Shown: one piece after another, positions 18,233-22,356 of the stretch
How the letters are laid out: each line of letters starts with the position of its first letter
Numbering within the stretch: the first letter of the stretch is position 1
Assembly: GCA_016192455.1 (NCBI GenBank)
Contig: JACPUC010000025.1
Span: 62,001-84,356 of the forward strand
Direction: 5' to 3'
DNA length: 22,356 bases
DNA from: Candidatus Tectimicrobiota bacterium
GTDB taxonomy: Bacteria; JACPUC01
The notes under the pieces: model-generated
The model's database searches: none
Seen by the model: the letters and a program-made list of their open reading frames with translations, nothing else
Told to the model about the DNA's origin: nothing
Program-made: the position numbers and the translations under genes

Positions 18233-19480
18233 CTAGCGGCGCGCGATGGCAATGAACTGAGCCGGCAAGAGGGAATCGGCAAGCCCGGAGCCGCGGGGCA
18301 GGAGATGCTCGTTCAGGAGCGCGAAGAGTTGGCGCGTCCAGGCGGCCTCCGGGAACGACCGGTGCACAAACAGGCTGAACGCCTGGAGGAGCGCCTGGGA
18401 GCTGGTTCCCTGCGGCGTGATCGTCACCTCGCGAAACGGCTGCAACAACAGACGCAGCCCCTGATCCGTGAAGCGCCAGAAATCGCGCGGGTAGTTGTGG
18501 ACCTCCCAGACGAACGGCGCCGAGAGGTAGAGCGTGCCGCCGGGTTTCAGAACGCGGTGCATCTCCTCGACGAGCCCCTTGGGTTCCTCGACGTGCTCGA
18601 GGACCTGCGTGCTCAGCACCAGGGCGAAGCTGCCATCGGCGAACGGCAGCGGCCCCCGTGAGCTTACCAGGCAGTCGATGTTGGGATGGAGCTCGATATC
18701 GACGCCGATGTAGCGCCGCGTCCAGCCGGCGAAGATCGGGTAGTACGGCTTCTCTCCGCACCCCAGGTCGAGGATAGCATCGCCGGCGGTGAGCTGCAAG
18801 CGGTTGGCGAGCGCCAGGAGGTCCTGGCTGAGCCGGCTCAAGCTGAAGTAGCCGGGATCGTCCAGGCTTGGCAGGCGGCGCGCCCGGCCTTGCCAGCTTG
18901 CGTAGAGCTCGCCGTCGATCGGCAGGCTGTAGCCGACGCAGGGCGCGCCCCAGAAGCTCCAGCAGTAGCTGTTCTCGCGGCCGCGGGTGTGGGTGGTAAG
19001 GACCAGGCAGACCGTGCGGCCGCCGAACCTGCCGAGATCAACCCGCGCCTGCACCCAGCGCGGCGCGAGCGCCTGCCGCTCGCCCGCGCCCGGCGGAATG
19101 CCGCGGCGGTTCGCGGCGGGGCGTTCGCCTGCCTCGCTGCCGCCGGCGGCCGCTTCGGCCGCCCCCGCCGACGCCGCGGGTCCCACGCAGCTTTGCCAGA
19201 GCAGCTCGCGCCCGCCCTCCGCTTCCACCCACAGCTCAAACCAGACGCCCCGCCCGCCCAGGTGCTGCCAGCAGCTCGGATCGAGGCCGCAGCCGACCTC
19301 CAGCCAGGCGTGCGGCGGCACGGCCAGGGTGAACGCCAGGCTGGCCGGCGGATGCGCGAAGATCGCCTGACGCTCGTCGCCGTCGATGCTGACGCGCTGC
19401 ACCTTGATCGTCTCAAGGTAGCTCTCGCGCACTTCGGCGACCGGTAGTTCTTTGATGAGATCGTAGCAGGTGACGTCCAC
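18233..19480 (-). CDS. Class I SAM methyltransferase with N-terminal putative carbohydrate-binding beta-sandwich domain
   Basis: C-terminal ILDLGCGEKPY, YIGVD, LPFADGSF..STQVLEHV..MHRVLKPGG..P.DFWRFT. N-terminal AIFAHPP...W.QARVDLGRFGGRTVCLVLTT...WSFWGAP. Confidence 0.85.
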   Translation of the reverse strand: MDVTCYDLIKELPVAEVRESYLETIKVQRVSIDGDERQAIFAHPPASLAFTLAVPPHAWLEVGCGLDPSCWQHLGGRGVWFELWVEAEGGRELLWQSCVGPAASAGAAEAAAGGSEAGERPAANRRGIPPGAGERQALAPRWVQARVDLGRFGGRTVCLVLTTHTRGRENSYCWSFWGAPCVGYSLPIDGELYASWQGRARRLPSLDDPGYFSLSRLSQDLLALANRLQLTAGDAILDLGCGEKPYYPIFAGWTRRYIGVDIELHPNIDCLVSSRGPLPFADGSFALVLSTQVLEHVEEPKGLVEEMHRVLKPGGTLYLSAPFVWEVHNYPRDFWRFTDQGLRLLLQPFREVTITPQGTSSQALLQAFSLFVHRSFPEAAWTRQLFALLNEHLLPRGSGLADSLLPAQFIAIARR

Positions 19481-19543
19481 CTCGGCCCCGTTCGGTCGTG
19501 TCGGTTCCTGTCGCGCCAGGCCGCTCCCCGCCCGCAGCCGCCG

Positions 19544-20509
19544 CTAGGCTCCCGCCTGCGGCACGCCGGAGGGAGGCGCCGGCGACCAGAAGCTGTCGAG
19601 GTAGCTCCAGCACCAGTACTGCTCGGGGAACCGTTTCACGTAGCGTTCAAAGACATCCACGCTACCTTGGAAAAGCCACTCGATCTCTTGCGGATCGCCC
19701 GGCCGTTGGCTGGGGATGAGCGGGGGCTCGATGACCCCAACCTTGTGGTACAGCCCCTCGAGGTAGACGAAGAAGGGGACGATAGCTGCCCCGCGCAGCG
19801 AGGCGACGCGCGCAAAGCTCGTCTGCAGGAGCATGGAACCGCCCAGGAACTTCGCCGCGCGCCGGCGGCCGAGGGGACCGAGCTGGGCGTCCAGGACGAT
19901 GATGACGGCATCGTTGCGCGCCAGGCTGCGGTAGACGGGCCGCAGGTAGGCGCCCACCTGAATCTGCTCGCCGCCCATGTGGTCGAGGAGGCGCGCCGAC
20001 TTGTAGCGGCAGTAGTGCACGATGGCGGGGTGGAGGTGCGTCGTATCAACAGAGAGGTCCTGGGTGAGCATGCTGAGGTGGTAGCCGAGCTTGCCGAGCG
20101 TGGCGGCCAGCAGGTCGAAGCGGCCGAAGTGCCCGGTGAGGAAGATGACGCCCTTGCCGCGCGCCAACGCTGCGTCCAGGTGCTCGAGGCCGTGGATGGT
20201 GAGGTAGGGCTGCCGCGCCCGCGGCCGCAGGCGGCGGTAGAGGAAGGTGTCGAGGTGCTCCACCGCCATCATGCCACAGTGCCGCTCGATGAATGCCTCC
20301 CGCTCGCGGAGGCTGAGACCGGCGCCGAACACCTGCCGCAGGTTGCGGCGCACCGCGGCGCGGTAGGCGCGGTCGAAGGGGTTGATGCCCGCCCGCGCCC
20401 AGCTCCGCACCGCCCCATGCGCCAGGCGCACCGGCAGCGAGGCGCAGCCGCGTGCGAAGAGGAAGTAGTAGGGCCACCCCAGCAGGTAGAGGAAGTCGCG
20501 GTGCATCAC
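19544..20509 (-). CDS. LpxL/HtrB-like lysophospholipid acyltransferase family protein
   Basis: VRRNLRQVF, IHGLEHLDAALARGKGVIFLTGHFGRFD (HX4D), VIIVLDAQ, GAAIVPFF, FERYVKRFPEQYWCW. The start is GTG 20509 or ATG 20506. Confidence 0.88.
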   Translation of the reverse strand: MMHRDFLYLLGWPYYFLFARGCASLPVRLAHGAVRSWARAGINPFDRAYRAAVRRNLRQVFGAGLSLREREAFIERHCGMMAVEHLDTFLYRRLRPRARQPYLTIHGLEHLDAALARGKGVIFLTGHFGRFDLLAATLGKLGYHLSMLTQDLSVDTTHLHPAIVHYCRYKSARLLDHMGGEQIQVGAYLRPVYRSLARNDAVIIVLDAQLGPLGRRRAAKFLGGSMLLQTSFARVASLRGAAIVPFFVYLEGLYHKVGVIEPPLIPSQRPGDPQEIEWLFQGSVDVFERYVKRFPEQYWCWSYLDSFWSPAPPSGVPQAGA

Positions 20510-20554
20510 CGGCGTGGACCTTCAGCCGCGCGCGCACGGAGGCGCTCGCGTCTC

Positions 20555-21760
20555 CTAAAGCTTCCAGACGTGCTCGAGGCGGCAGACGCCCACCTCCTTC
20601 GTGGCATGGCGGACCACGAAGGGGCAGACCTTCTCCGCCATGTCGTAGACGTGCACCCCGGTATTGTCGAGGAGGAAGATGGTCAGGGCGTACTCTCCCG
20701 AGAGGATCTCGAGGCGCGGGAAGGCGAGCGATTTCTGTTGCACTCCCACCTCGGCGAGGGGCGGGTAGCCGTCAATCTCCGTACTCACGCCGTAGACCAG
20801 CGAGCCATCGTTGCGCACGATGACCACCGCCAGCACCGGCGCGTACGCCGCGTCGAAGACCTCGAACGCCACCTCCACCTGGAAGCTGTCGCCGTAGGCG
20901 ACCTCCTGGGCGGCCTGCGTGGGGCTCCCTCCGCCTTTCGAGATGCGGATGTCGCGCAGGGCCGGATGGTGGTGCGGCCGCGCCGGAGCCTGGTTCGCCA
21001 CCAACGCCGCCTCGCCGGTCTCCTTCACATCGAGGCTGCGCTGGTAGTCCACGTAGGCGTCAACGACGGCGTCGGCCGCGCCGAAGCCACGCAGCCTGCC
21101 TGCGTCGATCCACGCCACCTGATCGCAAATCTGCTTGAGTTGCCAGGTGTTGTGGGAGCAGAAGAGGATCGTCTTGCCCCTCGCCTTGAAGCTCAGGATC
21201 TTATCGACGCACTTCTTCTGGAAATGCTGGTCCCCGACAGAGATGACTTCATCAATCATCAGGATGTCGGGATCAAGGAGGGTCGTCACCGAGAAGCCGA
21301 GGCGCAGGAACATTCCGGTGGAGTAGATTTTCACCGGCTGCTCCATGAAGGCCCCAAGCTCCGAGAAGTCGACGATCTCCTGGTACCTCGATTCGATCTC
21401 CCGCGGCGACAGGCCGAGGATGGCGCCGTTCATGAAGACGTTCGCCCGGCCGCTGAACTCCGGGTGAAACCCCATGCCGAGGTCGAAGAGCGTGGCGATG
21501 CGCCCCTCCCGGCGCACGCGGCCGCTCGTCGGCTGCATGATGCCGGCGAGAATTTGCAGCAGCGTGCTCTTGCCGGCCCCGTTGGCGCCGACTATCCCGA
21601 GCGTCGTCCCTTTCGCCGTCTGGAAGGAGATGTCGCGCAGGGCCCAGAGATCCTGATGCAGCACCCGCCGTCCAAAGGAGACCGCCTCCCTGAGGCGATC
21701 CGCGGGTCGCCGGTAAAGGGCGAACCTCTTGCTCACCTGCGTTACTTCGATGGCCAGCAA
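20555..21760 (-). CDS. wzt: Polysaccharide ABC exporter ATP-binding subunit with C-terminal carbohydrate-binding (Wzt_C-like) domain
   Basis: WALRDISF, Walker A GANGAGKSTLL, GFHPEFSGRAN, YSTGMFLRLGFS, Walker B LMIDEVISVGD..FQKKC, CSHN, and a ~150-aa beta-rich C-terminal extension (..LSGEYALTIFL..). TTG start with GAGGAG RBS. Confidence 0.93.
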   Translation of the reverse strand: MLAIEVTQVSKRFALYRRPADRLREAVSFGRRVLHQDLWALRDISFQTAKGTTLGIVGANGAGKSTLLQILAGIMQPTSGRVRREGRIATLFDLGMGFHPEFSGRANVFMNGAILGLSPREIESRYQEIVDFSELGAFMEQPVKIYSTGMFLRLGFSVTTLLDPDILMIDEVISVGDQHFQKKCVDKILSFKARGKTILFCSHNTWQLKQICDQVAWIDAGRLRGFGAADAVVDAYVDYQRSLDVKETGEAALVANQAPARPHHHPALRDIRISKGGGSPTQAAQEVAYGDSFQVEVAFEVFDAAYAPVLAVVIVRNDGSLVYGVSTEIDGYPPLAEVGVQQKSLAFPRLEILSGEYALTIFLLDNTGVHVYDMAEKVCPFVVRHATKEVGVCRLEHVWKL

Positions 21761-21934
21761 GCTCGGCTCCTCGGCATCATCGGTGGGACGGAGAGGCGAT
21801 CGCCCCCGCGTTGGCGCCAGGCGTTTGCGCCTCGATCCCTGGAAACCCCCAGGTCAGGCCCTCGTGCAGAGATGCCCCCTGGCGCAGTTCCACACGCCCA
21901 GCACCGCGCTCTTGCAACGCCTGTCTCCGCCAGC

Positions 21935-21963
21935 ATGCTAGGGTGAATCGCCCGCAGCGTCAA
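21935..21963 (-). promoter_or_regulatory. Putative sigma70 promoter of the glycan/kds operon
   Basis: Minus strand reads TTGACG-17 nt-TAGCAT, about 175 nt upstream of the wzt TTG. Confidence 0.65.
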
Positions 21964-22080
21964 GGGGAACCTCGCGTAACCCATTGAGACCGCAGCGAAA
22001 ACCTCCTGTGCCGCAGGTCGCTTCAAGGTCTCCGCTGGGCGGCGCGGCGCGCCGCTGGAAGGCATACCCCAGCTTCGTCG

Positions 22081-22281
22081 CCAGTGTCCTGTTTCACAAA
22101 TTCTATCGCAAGAATTTGCGAGGGAGCTTCGCCCCCTCGCGCACCCCGACTACGCGAGCTGCTGCGCAGCTCGCGGGGATTGGGGGTGTGAGGAAGCAAA
22201 GGTCTTCCGCAAAAACTCTCCCACCACATGGCCCGAAGAAGGCGTCCGATTAAGGATGGAATTTGTGTGACGCAACACTAG
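22081..22281. mobile_element. MITE-like non-coding element with imperfect 23-bp terminal inverted repeats and internal hairpins
   Basis: Left end CCAGTGTCCTGTTTCACAAATTC (22081-22103) versus reverse complement of the right end CTAGTGTTGCGTCACACAAATTC (22259-22281): 17/23 identical, inner 9 nt perfect. Internal stem-loops at 22118-22140 and 22153-22175. No transposase in the window. Confidence 0.55.
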
Positions 22282-22356
22282 TACTACTGTGTCATAAGAT
22301 TCATCCCGCCCGTGTCTCGCGGCCGCACCCGAGACAGGGGTGGCGGCGGAGCAGGG

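Noticed and set aside
18207..18761. 185-aa N-terminal extension of the 999-aa ORF
   Set aside because: Overlaps the upstream methyltransferase gene in another frame and is Arg/Ala/Pro-rich junk; ATG 18206 gives a clean 26-nt gap. I see no slippery site supporting a frameshift fusion.
19667..21946. 759-aa plus-strand ORF
   Set aside because: Antisense to wzt and the acyltransferase, both of which have clear family motifs.
21742..22253. Small ORFs 21742..22065, 21984..22253, 22023..22229 and 21729..21941 as wzm or transposase remnants
   Set aside because: They have no TM segments, no DDE/HUH motifs and no RBS, and they cross the promoter and hairpin element.

Overview
GC-rich bacterial chromosomal window; the kdsA/kdsB genes point to a diderm, LPS-type organism. 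The left end holds a 3'-truncated DHH/DHHA1-CBS-tRNA nucleotidyltransferase gene (minus strand, absent from the ORF track because its stop lies outside the window), divergent from an nfeD-stomatin/slipin pair. From 21760 down to 5129 there is one uninterrupted minus-strand run of 11 genes: wzt-type ABC ATPase with a C-terminal domain; LpxL-family acyltransferase; beta-sandwich+SAM methyltransferase; double methyltransferase with a ~195-residue coiled coil (WbdD-like architecture); GT4; NDP-sugar epimerase/dehydratase; GT2-GT4-methyltransferase fusion; WcaJ-like initiating phosphoglycosyltransferase; kdsB; pyrG; kdsA. The best candidate for an undescribed system is this surface-glycan locus. 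It has four methyltransferase domains, a putative coiled-coil ruler with Tyr-heptad 21-nt repeats, an acyltransferase next to the exporter ATPase, and no adjacent wzm. The right end carries a ~200-bp hairpin-rich element with imperfect terminal inverted repeats (MITE-like). All calls come from reading motifs by eye; no database searches were run.
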